DNA of 64,000 nucleotides from an uncultured Clostridium sp. (GCA_947651825.1 CANTAQ010000001.1:483670-547669); one strand, 5' to 3'. Numbered from the stretch's first letter, positions 9,971 to 20,388 are shown. A program made the numbers and translations. The notes: generated by a model not told the origin, from the letters alone.

Positions 9971-11864
9971 TTAACTTTTAGTTACTTTTTTTGCTGTTTT
10001 TCCCCAGTTTCTTTCAATGAATTTATCGAATTCAACTGCATCTGTTTCATTCATATTATTTCTCATTTCTTTTATGTTTTGATCTGAAAGTTTATTTGTT
10101 AGTACATATGTGTCATTATGATATTCCATTACATTTTGATATTTATACATTTCTCTATTAGTAACTTTATGGAAGTATCTTGTTGCATTATCCATAAATT
10201 TCTCAATCTTACCTTCCATTGTTTTTTCTTTTCTATAATCATATGTATAATCTTCATTATCTTCAATTGGAATACATTCTGTTACTCTTTCAATATATCT
10301 TCTTCCTCTAAAGTCTTTTACTAAATGTATATCAAAGTTTAATACACTTACAACTTGTTCTTCTGCTGTTTTTTCATCTGAGAAAGCACCTGTTCTTAAC
10401 ATTGAGTTTCTAAGTGCTGTTATTAAGTTTGGAAATGTCTTAGCATGGTGAGTAAACAATGTAAACTTAGATGCAACCTGTGCAGATTGTATCATCCAAG
10501 ATGCTACGGGGTCTGTTGCAACCTCTCCGGATTATATTAACACTACCATCAGTTTTCTTTTGAACGTCCAAACATTGTTGTCCTGATATTGTTTCAGTTT
10601 CACGCATTGATAATATATTTCTTGTTGGATAAATTTTTCTTAAATGTAACTCGAATGCTGTTTCTGTAATACGCAAGTTCATTGTATCATATATATTTTC
10701 TATCATACCCATAAGCATTGTTGTCTTACCACAACCTTGCTCACCAGTAAGTGATATTACTCTGGCACCTTTTACTAGATATTTTAAAAGGTCTATTGCA
10801 TTTTCTTTTCCTTCTACTGTAATTATTTGTTCTAGAGTTGCTCTCTTAACGTCGAACTTTCTTACGAAGAAAGCCCATGTTTCTGACATGCTTGGTCTAA
10901 CAACAACTACTCTGGAACCGTCTTTCATTTCATTGATTTTATAACCATTTGTATCTGATAACTGTCCTGGGTTGTTATATTTATATATATTTTGACATAC
11001 TCTCTTTAGCTCACTTTCTTTTCCAAATGAAAGGAATGCTAATCTTATAGATTTACCTTGGAAGAATATCCAAATACTATCACAAGCTCTTGGTACTTTG
11101 TTTTCAGATATCTGTGATAAATAATCTCCATCAGTTTGTGCAACTTGACTCAAGAAACTCTCTGGAAGACCAGATACACCACCAGATACACCATCTATGT
11201 TCATATCTCTTACTTCATCTATACTACTATACCCTTTATAATGTTGATAAATTCTTTGTGTTACTACTGATAATTTATCTGCAAAATCAAGTGTAAAGTT
11301 TTCTTTTTCATATATATCATCTATTTCTTGTGGAGTTATAACATATGAAGGCTTTGAATCTCCCTCTAAATATTTTTCAACTGCTAAGTTATATTTTTTT
11401 ATCATTTGAGTTAAAGACTCATATCCAAATTCTTTTTTGTACATGTGCATTATTATGTCAAATTTATCTTGCGCTGTAAGTAAAGATGGTATATCAAATG
11501 AAATGGCTTTTGATATATTAATTTCATTTACTCCATATTCTTTATATAACAAATCATATATTAATTCTTTAACATATTTTTTATCATTTACATCTCCATA
11601 TGTACAGCCTTTTAAAGCTTTCCTCAATTCATATTTTTTCGCTTTTCTTCTTTTTAATTCTTCTTCTGATAATCCTATATCATATAAATTTACTTTAGTT
11701 ATTTCATCTAATCTATTCTTTATAAATTCCATCATAGCATCTATAGTATATGATTTTTCATCTACTACTTTTTCTTCAACTTCTGCATTTTTATTTTTTC
11801 TTACAGCATATACGACCAATATTGCTGCTACTATAATAACTGCAAGCATTAAAATTATATTCAT
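9971..11864 (-). CDS. CpaF/TadA-family secretion ATPase, split by a +1 frameshift at 10527-10529 (~630 aa when joined)
   Basis: Walker A GEQGCGKTT and 'RKF' in ORF 10467..11864; Walker B 'VNII|GEVA' is restored only by skipping C10529; His-box 'FTHH' in ORF 9971..10495. Confidence 0.8.
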
Positions 11865-11886
11865 TATTCAGGATTCCTCCTTCTTT

Positions 11887-12711
11887 TTACATTTGAGTTT
11901 GCATTTGATTTTGCATTTGCAATTCTTTAAGTCTATATATCATTTTTTCTGAAAACTCTTCCATTGAGTTTACCAAATTTGCTTGTGGATGTGTTGGTTT
12001 TAGCTTTCTATATTGTGTAAAGAAATCAGCTAATCCTCCTTCATTAGCACTTTCAAAAAATAAAGTGTTATAAGGAATTCCAACTATATCTTTTACTCTA
12101 TATGTTCTTTCTACATTTTTTGTATTAAACTTAGAATTTCGATCATATCGTCCCATTAAAAACATTGCATTGTTTTTATTTAGTAAATTATTGGTTTGTT
12201 GAATATTTATAAGTTCTTTAATTATTTTTTCTCTTTGTGTTATACTAACTACGACTAAACTTGATTCTCCAATTACTTCCTGAACAAATGGTTCTTCTAT
12301 ACTTCCATCTAAATCTACAAAAACCAAATCATATGCTTTCTTAGCTATTTTTATAATATTTTTCATATATGCTTTTTGTTTTTCATATGTATCTCTTAAA
12401 ATATTTCCATCTGTCAATACTTCAAGTCTATCTTTGAAAACAGCTCTTGTGTAGTTTGTAATAACTTCTGGTGTTGCTTTATTACTTGATATTGCTTTTA
12501 TTAATCCTGTTATACCTGTTTCTAAATCAGTTTGTTTCATACCTGTAGTCTGCTTCCAAAAGCACTCTTCTAAAGTTGGATCATTGTGTTTTGTATTTAT
12601 TAATAAAATTTTATAATTATGCTCTACTGTTAATTGCGTTGCAATTCCTGCTAAAGATGTTGTTTGGGCTGTCTCAACTTTTCCATTGCCCCAAAATGTT
12701 ACAACAGACAT
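11887..12711 (-). CDS. Degenerate MinD/ParA-like protein (CpaE/TadZ-like)
   Basis: Degenerate P-loop region 'VVTFWG....AQTT', 'YDLVFVDL', 'IPYN..F'. Confidence 0.6.
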   Translation of the reverse strand: MSVVTFWGNGKVETAQTTSLAGIATQLTVEHNYKILLINTKHNDPTLEECFWKQTTGMKQTDLETGITGLIKAISSNKATPEVITNYTRAVFKDRLEVLTDGNILRDTYEKQKAYMKNIIKIAKKAYDLVFVDLDGSIEEPFVQEVIGESSLVVVSITQREKIIKELINIQQTNNLLNKNNAMFLMGRYDRNSKFNTKNVERTYRVKDIVGIPYNTLFFESANEGGLADFFTQYRKLKPTHPQANLVNSMEEFSEKMIYRLKELQMQNQMQTQM

Positions 12712-12735
12712 TTTTTATCCCCTCTCTACTTCATG

Positions 12736-13413
12736 TTATATATTTTTAAACATTTTTTTAACTGAACCAAGTTTAATTTCTGGTGCAATCTCTTCTACTA
12801 ATTGCATCAATCCATCTTTATATGGTAAACTAAGCTCTCTAAAGCTTATTCTTGCAGACCTTTGATTTTCTATAATAATAGACTCATCTCCTGCATCAAA
12901 TGGGAAATATATTTTTCCCTTATTCCATTCAATTGCATAGTAGAAAGACAAAAAGTTCAAATATTCTTCTTCTGTTTTTTCCATATGCTTAGAAAATAAT
13001 ATTTTTGACATTTTTATTTTTTGTTTGTCTTTGCCTACTATTTCTAATCCTCTTTTAAGTGAATAATCATCAAATCCTGTTACAAAATAATTCATATCAT
13101 TATTTTGAATATCCATGTCTTTTATTTTTTCATTTTGATCTATATCTATCAATATAAAATCATAATCTAATTCTTGAACTCCTGAATAATGTTTAATTTC
13201 ATCTATTGTTTCAAAACCAATTGCAACATCAATTCCTTCATGTGATGTTATATAGCATCTACTAGGAGATATCGCAGGTATAGTATATCGTGATTTTTGT
13301 AATATTGTTGTATCAATTACTAACACTTTTAATCCAGATTCTACAAAAATTTTTGAAAGATATATTAACATGTTAGTTTTGTCATATGCTCCTATAAAAC
13401 CTATCTTTTTCAA
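12736..13413 (-). CDS. Degenerate P-loop protein of the Tad-like locus
   Basis: 'IGFIGAYDKT', 'KVLVIDTT', 'YDFILIDID'. Confidence 0.55.
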   Translation of the reverse strand: MKKIGFIGAYDKTNMLIYLSKIFVESGLKVLVIDTTILQKSRYTIPAISPSRCYITSHEGIDVAIGFETIDEIKHYSGVQELDYDFILIDIDQNEKIKDMDIQNNDMNYFVTGFDDYSLKRGLEIVGKDKQKIKMSKILFSKHMEKTEEEYLNFLSFYYAIEWNKGKIYFPFDAGDESIIIENQRSARISFRELSLPYKDGLMQLVEEIAPEIKLGSVKKMFKNI

Positions 13414-13450
13414 GTTTTTTCCTCCCTATGTATACTTTTGTTCAATTGTA

Positions 13451-14389
13451 TTAATATCCTGACATTCCTGATAAGTATTCTTCTCTTGCTGCTTTTGCTG
13501 CTTCAATTTGTTTTTGTATTCCTGCTTCTACATTTATAGTTCTTTCATCATTATATTCTTGTAATTGTCCATTAATATTGTTCCTTATTTGCTTATTCTT
13601 TTCATCTGAATATCTTGAATTAAAATCTTCTTTAGCTTCCTTTAATATATTTGGACTATATACTAACAAATATGATGCTTCTGGTGTTGGTATATATGTT
13701 GCAGTAATAACTCCATGATCTTCTGGAACTACTTCTGTTGAGTATTTAGCTGCATAAAGGTTTGCTGATGGCATTATATATGCTTCAACAATAGCACTAT
13801 TCATCATTATTATTTCTTCTTCTGTTAATTCTAATGTTATTACATTTCCATTTATATCTTTTACAACTTTGTTTACTAAAACAGCTAAATCTTGTCCACT
13901 TGCAAATGCTATTCTTATGTCTATAGTTTCTCCTATATCAAGCATTGTTGGAAGTGTTACCATATTGTATTCTACTAATCTTAGTGATTTATCAACTGTC
14001 TCAAGTTTAGTTAATACAGAATCACTTAGAATAGTTCCTGCTTCTAAATCAATTTTTGCTATTCTTGCATCTCCTAAACCTATATCTATAGTTTTTTGTG
14101 TTCTTTCATCGTATTGTTCAGCTATTTTCTTGTCAGAAGGAAGACTTGTAACTGGCAATGTTACTTTTTGTAGCATTGTATTACTAATTTCATTTCCTGA
14201 TTTAACACTTCCTTTTAATTGATATACTGTCGCATATGTAATCCCTTCTTCAGCTTTTTTATCATCTAACATTGGTTTTACTGCAACCATAAATAGTAGC
14301 GCTCCTATTAATAAAGCTACTAATAACATTACTATCATTCCTATAAGAAATGAATTTCTTACTTTTCTTTGCATTGGGTTTGATGGCAT
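13451..14389 (-). CDS. SAF-domain / CpaB(RcpC)-like membrane protein
   Basis: N-terminal TM; SAF-like 'AKIDLEAGTIL'; RcpC-like 'LP..L..G..IDIRI....G....VL.NK.V'. Confidence 0.65.
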   Translation of the reverse strand: MPSNPMQRKVRNSFLIGMIVMLLVALLIGALLFMVAVKPMLDDKKAEEGITYATVYQLKGSVKSGNEISNTMLQKVTLPVTSLPSDKKIAEQYDERTQKTIDIGLGDARIAKIDLEAGTILSDSVLTKLETVDKSLRLVEYNMVTLPTMLDIGETIDIRIAFASGQDLAVLVNKVVKDINGNVITLELTEEEIIMMNSAIVEAYIMPSANLYAAKYSTEVVPEDHGVITATYIPTPEASYLLVYSPNILKEAKEDFNSRYSDEKNKQIRNNINGQLQEYNDERTINVEAGIQKQIEAAKAAREEYLSGMSGY

Positions 14390-14469
14390 AACGCAACTCC
14401 TCCTATTATCATTTTATTTAATTTTTATTTTACAACAAAAATATTAAAAAAACAACATTTTTTTGAATT

Positions 14470-14497
14470 TGTAACATGATTGTAATATTGCTGTAAT
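14470..14497. promoter_or_regulatory. Triple direct repeat TGTAA(C/T)-N5, WalR/OmpR-type operator
   Basis: TGTAAC-atgat-TGTAAT-attgc-TGTAAT upstream of the first Tad-locus gene. Confidence 0.6.
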
Positions 14498-14523
14498 ATT
14501 AAGTTTTTTGTCAAAAATTTCTA

Positions 14524-14552
14524 GTTTATTTTTTGAATTTTTGCACATTCTA
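14524..14552 (+). promoter_or_regulatory. Sigma-G-like forespore promoter for the SASP gene
   Basis: GTTTA-17 nt-CATTCTA, close to the sigma-G consensus. Confidence 0.5.
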
Positions 14553-14610
14553 AATATTGAAAAAGCTTTGAATTGCTTTTCAAGATAATTTCATATTTCT
14601 AGGAGGTGAA

Positions 14611-14823
14611 ATGAAAATGGCAAACTCAAATTCAAACAGAACATTAGTACCAGAAGCTAAAGACTCTTTAAACAAGTTCAAATATGAAGTAGCTAGCGAA
14701 GTTGGTGTTAATTTAAAAAACGGATATAATGGTGATATATCTGCAAAAGACGCTGGAAGAATCGGTGGTAACATGGTTAAAAAAATGATTCAAAAAGCTG
14801 AAAGTCAAATGTTAAGTAAATAG
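14611..14823 (+). CDS. Alpha/beta-type small acid-soluble spore protein
   Basis: 'LVPEA...L.KFKYEVASEVGV....GYNGD...DAG.IGG.MVKKMI'. Confidence 0.95.
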   Translation: MKMANSNSNRTLVPEAKDSLNKFKYEVASEVGVNLKNGYNGDISAKDAGRIGGNMVKKMIQKAESQMLSK

Positions 14824-14842
14824 TTTTATTTGCTTTATATAA

Positions 14843-14889
14843 TATAAAACTCCCTTATAGTAATTTACATACTATTCGGGAGTTTTATA
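14843..14889. terminator. Bidirectional terminator
   Basis: TATAAAACTCCC...GGGAGTTTTATA between convergent genes. Confidence 0.75.
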
Positions 14890-14926
14890 TTATTATTTTC
14901 TAATTGATTATTCATAATTTAATTTT

Positions 14927-15496
14927 TTATTGTTGCCCTGTATAGAAATTTTTTTCTGCACTATATATTAGACTTCCAGCAGGTGTCTTTACAGTTACTT
15001 CGTAACTTTGCCCATTAAATTTCCCTGTCAAAAATCCTCTTGATTTAAGTCCATCTATTCCTATCCATGTATTCACTACAATTTCGGTCCCAATGTTACC
15101 TACAATATTAGTAACTGTATATTCAGAAAATCTATCTACATACTGATTTTTATAGTTTTCTACATCTAAATATATATTGTCTTTCAAAATGTAATCTCTA
15201 TTAGCTGAATATTTATAAATTTTTCCATTCACTGCAAACTCTTTATTGGATCCTATGCTTAATAATTGTTCTGCATTTGTTATTGGTACAACTTCTGTAC
15301 TTGCCGCAAAATATTTCTGATAAATTGTCTCTCTATTTTCTAAATCCTTTTCATATAATTTTGCAGTTTCTTTCTTTATTTCTGCTTGTGCTTGTATTCT
15401 GTTCTGAATTATAACAAATGAACTTAATAAAAATGCAAGCATAAAAATTACTGTTCCTAATGTTACCAATGCTATTGCGCCTTTTTGATTTTTCAT
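14927..15496 (-). CDS. Pilin-like protein with a class III (prepilin) signal
   Basis: MKNQKG|AIALVTLGTVIFMLAFLL: short basic leader, KG cleavage site, hydrophobic helix. Confidence 0.55.
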   Translation of the reverse strand: MKNQKGAIALVTLGTVIFMLAFLLSSFVIIQNRIQAQAEIKKETAKLYEKDLENRETIYQKYFAASTEVVPITNAEQLLSIGSNKEFAVNGKIYKYSANRDYILKDNIYLDVENYKNQYVDRFSEYTVTNIVGNIGTEIVVNTWIGIDGLKSRGFLTGKFNGQSYEVTVKTPAGSLIYSAEKNFYTGQQ

Positions 15497-15582
15497 TTGT
15501 TTCCCTCTCTTTCTCCGAGCTTTTTTGTAGAATATAGTATTGTTAAAATCCTCTATTCTTATATTTTTCTCTTTTTGATTTG

Positions 15583-16053
15583 CTATTTGCTTGTTGAGCC
15601 AAAGCCTCCTTTTCTTTCTTCTGTTGCATTATCATTATCAGATATTAAAAATTTTTGAAAGATTCCTTGTCCTATTGTTTCTCCTTTTTTTATTTGAATA
15701 TCTTCTTCTTTTATATTATAGAATGAAAACATGATATGTCCATCATTATCGGGATTTCCATAGTAATCGCTATCTATTACTCCTATGCTATTTGCCATTA
15801 TCAAGCCTTTTTTTCCTGGATTTGAACTTCTATTTGCTAAAATTAACACTTCGTCAGGCTCCATATATGACTTTATTCCTGTTTTTACTAGTGTTGGTTT
15901 TGCTCCCTTTTTAAAAGTTGGTATGATTATATCTTCTGCTGCTTCAAAGTCATATCCTGCTGAACATTTAGTTTTTCTTACTGGTAGGTTTATACTACAA
16001 TTTTCAAATCCTTTTGCTATTTCAAATCCTCTTTTTCTTTCCATTTTTTTCAA
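15583..16053 (-). CDS. dut: dUTP diphosphatase
   Basis: Motifs SAGYDF, RSS, GVIDSDY, R.GGFGST. Confidence 0.95.
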   Translation of the reverse strand: MKKMERKRGFEIAKGFENCSINLPVRKTKCSAGYDFEAAEDIIIPTFKKGAKPTLVKTGIKSYMEPDEVLILANRSSNPGKKGLIMANSIGVIDSDYYGNPDNDGHIMFSFYNIKEEDIQIKKGETIGQGIFQKFLISDNDNATEERKGGFGSTSK

Positions 16054-16060
16054 ATCCTTC

Positions 16061-17371
16061 CTATTCTCTTATTTTTCTTATTATTTCTTCTATTGTCTTT
16101 TGTTCCTGTTCCCCTGTTTCCATGTTTTTCATGGTTAGTTTTCCAGTTTTTATTTCATCTTCTCCTATTACTATTACGTATGGAATTTTTAATTTATCTG
16201 CATATTTAAATTGAGTTTTCATTTTTTTATTATCAAAATAAATTTCAGTATTAATTCCATTTTTTCTTAAAGTATTAGCTGTTTCTATTGCTGGTTTTAA
16301 ATCTTCTGTCATTGATATTACTAAAACTTCTGATATTGATTTTTTGTCGGCTTTTATTAATCCTATATCATTAAGCACAAAAAATAATCTTGTTAATCCT
16401 ATTGATATTCCTACTCCTGGTAGTTTTTTATCTGTATAATATCCAGCTAAATCGCTGTATCTTCCACCTGAACAAATACTTCCTATCCCTTTGTGTTCAT
16501 TCAAAAAAGTCTCATATACTGTTCCTGTGTAATAATCCAATCCCCTTGCTATACTTATGTCTATATCAAAGTACTGTTCTGGAACATTAAATAATCTGAT
16601 ATAATTTATAACCTCTTTTAGTTCTCTTACACCTTCTCTAAACATTTCATTTTTTACATCTAAGGCTTCTAATTTAGATATTTTTTCATCTTTTGTTCCA
16701 TTAATTCTTATGAATTCAACTATCTTTTCTGATTTTTCTTTTGATATTCCTAGTTCTACTAACTCGCTTTTTACATTGTCTTCTCCAATTTTCTCTATTT
16801 TATCTATTATTCTCATTATATTTACAGCATCTTCTTTTTCATTAAGTTCTTCAAAAAATCCTGTTAGAATTTTTCTGTTGTTTATTTTTATTTTAAAGTT
16901 TTGTAATCCTAATTCTTTGAAAGTTTCATAAATTATACTTGGAATCTCCGCATCATTTATTATATTTAATTCTCCATCTCCAATTACATCTATATCACAT
17001 TGATAAAATTCTCTAAATCGTCCTCTTTGTGCTCTTTCTCCTCTATAAACTTTTCCTATTTGATATCTTCTAAATGGAAAACTCAAATTGTTTGCGTATA
17101 ATGATGCATATTTTGCCAAAGGAACTGTCAAATCAAATCTTAGAGTTAAATCACTATCTCCTTTTGTAAAACTATATAATTGTTTTTCAGTCTCTCCTCC
17201 TGCTTTCGCTAAAAGTACGTCTGTACTTTCTATTATTGGTGTATCTATTGGTAAAAAACCAAACCTTTCATATGTTTTTTGAATTTTTTCCTTCATTTGA
17301 TTAAATAATACTTGCTCATTTGGTAACAATTCCATAAATCCTGATAATGTTTTTGGTTCTGTTTTTTGCAT
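16061..17371 (-). CDS. hisS: Histidine--tRNA ligase
   Basis: LRFDLTVP, GRFREFYQCD, RGLDYYTG, SGGRY; ATG at 17371 after GGAGG. Confidence 0.97.
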   Translation of the reverse strand: MQKTEPKTLSGFMELLPNEQVLFNQMKEKIQKTYERFGFLPIDTPIIESTDVLLAKAGGETEKQLYSFTKGDSDLTLRFDLTVPLAKYASLYANNLSFPFRRYQIGKVYRGERAQRGRFREFYQCDIDVIGDGELNIINDAEIPSIIYETFKELGLQNFKIKINNRKILTGFFEELNEKEDAVNIMRIIDKIEKIGEDNVKSELVELGISKEKSEKIVEFIRINGTKDEKISKLEALDVKNEMFREGVRELKEVINYIRLFNVPEQYFDIDISIARGLDYYTGTVYETFLNEHKGIGSICSGGRYSDLAGYYTDKKLPGVGISIGLTRLFFVLNDIGLIKADKKSISEVLVISMTEDLKPAIETANTLRKNGINTEIYFDNKKMKTQFKYADKLKIPYVIVIGEDEIKTGKLTMKNMETGEQEQKTIEEIIRKIRE

Positions 17372-17392
17372 ATTTTCCTCCTTTTTATTATA

Positions 17393-17492
17393 ATTCACAG
17401 TCAGCTTGTTTAATTTGGTTTCAAGTGAATATTCATTTTTTAATAGCTTTTTTACAACAAGATAGAACAAATCCCATCAAGTAACTGTGAAT
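17393..17492 (-). promoter_or_regulatory. Long interrupted hairpin in the hisS leader
   Basis: ATTCACAGTTA/TGACTGTGAAT, CTTG/CAAG and ATTTG/CAAAT pairings on the mRNA strand. Confidence 0.5.
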
Positions 17493-17507
17493 AGTAACTT
17501 CATTATA

Positions 17508-18158
17508 TTATTCCCATTCTTTCTGTTTCATCTCTAAATATATTGGTTTTTCTTCTTGTATCATTGTAGATTTACCATGTCCTGGATAAACAATTGTATC
17601 CTCTGGTAAAGTCATCAGTCTGTCTGTTATAGAATGTATTACATTTTCAAAACTGCTTGTTGGTAAATCTGTTCTTCCCCATGTTCCTCTAAATAAAGTA
17701 TCTCCTGAAAATAGTAGTTTTTCTTTTTCACAGTAAAGACATATGCTACCATTTGTATGACCTGGTGTATATATAACTTTAAATTCCATTCCATCTATAT
17801 GCAATAAATCTCCATCATTAAGTCTCGAATCTGCTTTAACACTTATATTTTCTAATCCTATATAATAGCATAAATTTATTTCTGGTTTTTGTAATCCTTC
17901 TGCATCTTCACGATGTACTAATATTTTCCCTCCATATTCTTGTTTTATCTGCTCGGCTCCATTAATATGGTCTGCATGACAATGAGTTAATAATATATAT
18001 TTAAGTTTTACATCTAGTGCTTCTATCATTTCTCTTAGTTCTTCTGTCATACATCCTGGATCTATAATCATTGTTTCTTTAGTATGTTCATCTTGAATTA
18101 TATAACAATTTTCTCCAAGCATAGTTCCTACATCAACCTTTATTCTCTTTAGTATCAT
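17508..18158 (-). CDS. MBL-fold metallo-hydrolase (glyoxalase II-like)
   Basis: THCHADH, TPGHT, SGDTLF, YPGHG. Confidence 0.9.
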   Translation of the reverse strand: MILKRIKVDVGTMLGENCYIIQDEHTKETMIIDPGCMTEELREMIEALDVKLKYILLTHCHADHINGAEQIKQEYGGKILVHREDAEGLQKPEINLCYYIGLENISVKADSRLNDGDLLHIDGMEFKVIYTPGHTNGSICLYCEKEKLLFSGDTLFRGTWGRTDLPTSSFENVIHSITDRLMTLPEDTIVYPGHGKSTMIQEEKPIYLEMKQKEWE

Positions 18159-18176
18159 TGCGTTTTCCTTCCTAAC

Positions 18177-20375
18177 TTATTTTTTTCTCGTAACTTCATA
18201 CACACTGTCAATTTTTCTTATTTGCTTAACTACTTTATTTAATTGTTCAGTATTTTGAACTTCTACTGTTACATATATTGTAGCAATTCTATCTCTATTT
18301 GTTCTTGTATTTACACCCATTATATTTACTTTTAAATTTGTTATTTCTTTAACAACATCTGCTAAAAGTCCTGTTCTATCATTTGCCAATACTTCTATAT
18401 CTACATTATATACTGTTGGTGCTTTGTCTTCATACCATTCTACTTCTATAATTCTTTCTTCTTCTGACAATAAATCTTCTATATTTGTACAATCCTTTCT
18501 ATGTATTGATACTCCCCTTCCTTTTGTTACATAGCCTATTATATCATCTCCTGGAACTGGATTACAACACTTTGAAAATTTTACTAAGCAATTATCTACA
18601 CCTTTTACAATTACTCCTGATTTTGGAGCCTTTGGTTTTCTTGTTTTTTCTGTTATCAATTCTTGAATTTTTTCTTCTATTACAGCTTCTTTATGTTCTC
18701 TTTTATATTCTTCCAATAATCGTGTCAAAATCTTATTTGGTGATATTCCACCAAATCCTATATTAGCATACATATCTTCTATAGTGTTGTAATTGTATCT
18801 ATTTAATACTATCTGTATCCATTCCGGTTTCAATAATTCACTATGTTGCATTCCTAATTTTTTAATTTCTTTATTTAGTATTTCTTTACCCTTTTCTATA
18901 TTTTCTTCTCTTTCAGTTTTTTTAAACCATTGCTGAATTCTTGTTTTAGCACTTGAGCTCTTTACTAATTTTAGCCAATCTCTGCTTGGTCCTTTAGATG
19001 TCTCTGATGTTATAATCTCTACTATGTCTCCACTTTTTAGTGGTGTTACTATTGGCATCATCTTGCTATTTATTTTGCATCCTACCATCTTATGTCCCAC
19101 TTCTGCATGTATTGCATATGCAAAATCTATTGGTGTAGAATCCCTTGGTAATGTTTTTATTTCTCCAACTGGCGTAAATACATAAACCTCATCTTCAAAC
19201 AACTCTGTTTTTAATGTTTTCAAGAATTCATCTGGATCTTGCATCTCTTTTTGCCATTCTAAGGTTTCTCTAAGCCATGCCAATTTATCATCTTGTACTA
19301 TAACATTTGATTTTTTAAATCTATTTGCTTCTTTATATGCCCAATGTGCTGCTATACCAAACTCTGCAATCTTATGCATTTCCCATGTACGAACTTGAAC
19401 TTCAAATGGAGTTCCATTTGGTCCAAGTAAAGTAGTATGTATTGACTGATACATATTTGGTTTTGGTACAGATATATAATCTTTAAATCTTCCAGGCATA
19501 GGTGTATATAAATCGTGAACTACACCTAATGCTGCATAACAATCTTTCACAGAGTTTACTATTATGCGAAGTGCAAATAAATCATAAACTTGGTCTATAG
19601 TAATATTGTCTCTTTGCATCTTTCTATATATACTATAGAAATGTTTTGCTCTCCCTGTTATTTCTGCAACAATTTTAGCCTTTTTAAGTTCTTTGCGTAT
19701 TTCTTCTGTTATATTATCTATAAATTTTATACGTTCTTCTCTTTTTTTCTCTATACTTAGCACTAATTCCCTATATTCTTCTGGGTATAAATATCTAAAT
19801 GCTAAATCTTCAAGTTCCCATTTTAGAGAATATATTCCCAGTCTGTTTGCTAATGGTGCATATAATTCCATAGTTTCTTTGGCATTTGCTATTTGCCTAT
19901 CTCTTTTTAGACTTGATAATGTTCTCATATTATGCAATCTATCTGCTAATTTTATTAGAATTACACGTATATCTTTCCCCATTGCCAAAAACATTTTTCT
20001 ATAATTTTCTACTTGTTGTTCTTCTATTGTTACATATCTTATCTTACTTAATTTTGTTACTCCTGCTACCATATCAGCAATTTCTTTACTAAATATTTTA
20101 ATAATATCTTCATTCGTTGCTGGTGTATCTTCTACAACATCATGTAACAGTGCTGCGCAAATTGTTGCATCATCTAATTGCAAATCTGCCAAAATATATG
20201 CTACAGCTAATGGATGCACTATATAATCTTCACCAGAAACTCTTTTTTGTCCCTTATGATGTTCTTCTGCATATCTATAGGCTTTTAAAATTAGATTTGT
20301 ATTATATTTTCTTTTATTTGATTTGAGTTTTTTCATCAAATCGTTTATTGTTTTTTCTTCTTGCATAGGCAACAC
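18177..20375 (-). CDS. relA: Bifunctional (p)ppGpp synthetase/hydrolase
   Basis: HD motif 'LLHDVVED', 'KLADRLHNMRTL', 'GRFKDY', TGS and ACT domains. Confidence 0.97.
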   Translation of the reverse strand: MLPMQEEKTINDLMKKLKSNKRKYNTNLILKAYRYAEEHHKGQKRVSGEDYIVHPLAVAYILADLQLDDATICAALLHDVVEDTPATNEDIIKIFSKEIADMVAGVTKLSKIRYVTIEEQQVENYRKMFLAMGKDIRVILIKLADRLHNMRTLSSLKRDRQIANAKETMELYAPLANRLGIYSLKWELEDLAFRYLYPEEYRELVLSIEKKREERIKFIDNITEEIRKELKKAKIVAEITGRAKHFYSIYRKMQRDNITIDQVYDLFALRIIVNSVKDCYAALGVVHDLYTPMPGRFKDYISVPKPNMYQSIHTTLLGPNGTPFEVQVRTWEMHKIAEFGIAAHWAYKEANRFKKSNVIVQDDKLAWLRETLEWQKEMQDPDEFLKTLKTELFEDEVYVFTPVGEIKTLPRDSTPIDFAYAIHAEVGHKMVGCKINSKMMPIVTPLKSGDIVEIITSETSKGPSRDWLKLVKSSSAKTRIQQWFKKTEREENIEKGKEILNKEIKKLGMQHSELLKPEWIQIVLNRYNYNTIEDMYANIGFGGISPNKILTRLLEEYKREHKEAVIEEKIQELITEKTRKPKAPKSGVIVKGVDNCLVKFSKCCNPVPGDDIIGYVTKGRGVSIHRKDCTNIEDLLSEEERIIEVEWYEDKAPTVYNVDIEVLANDRTGLLADVVKEITNLKVNIMGVNTRTNRDRIATIYVTVEVQNTEQLNKVVKQIRKIDSVYEVTRKK

Positions 20376-20388
20376 TAATCCCTTCGTT

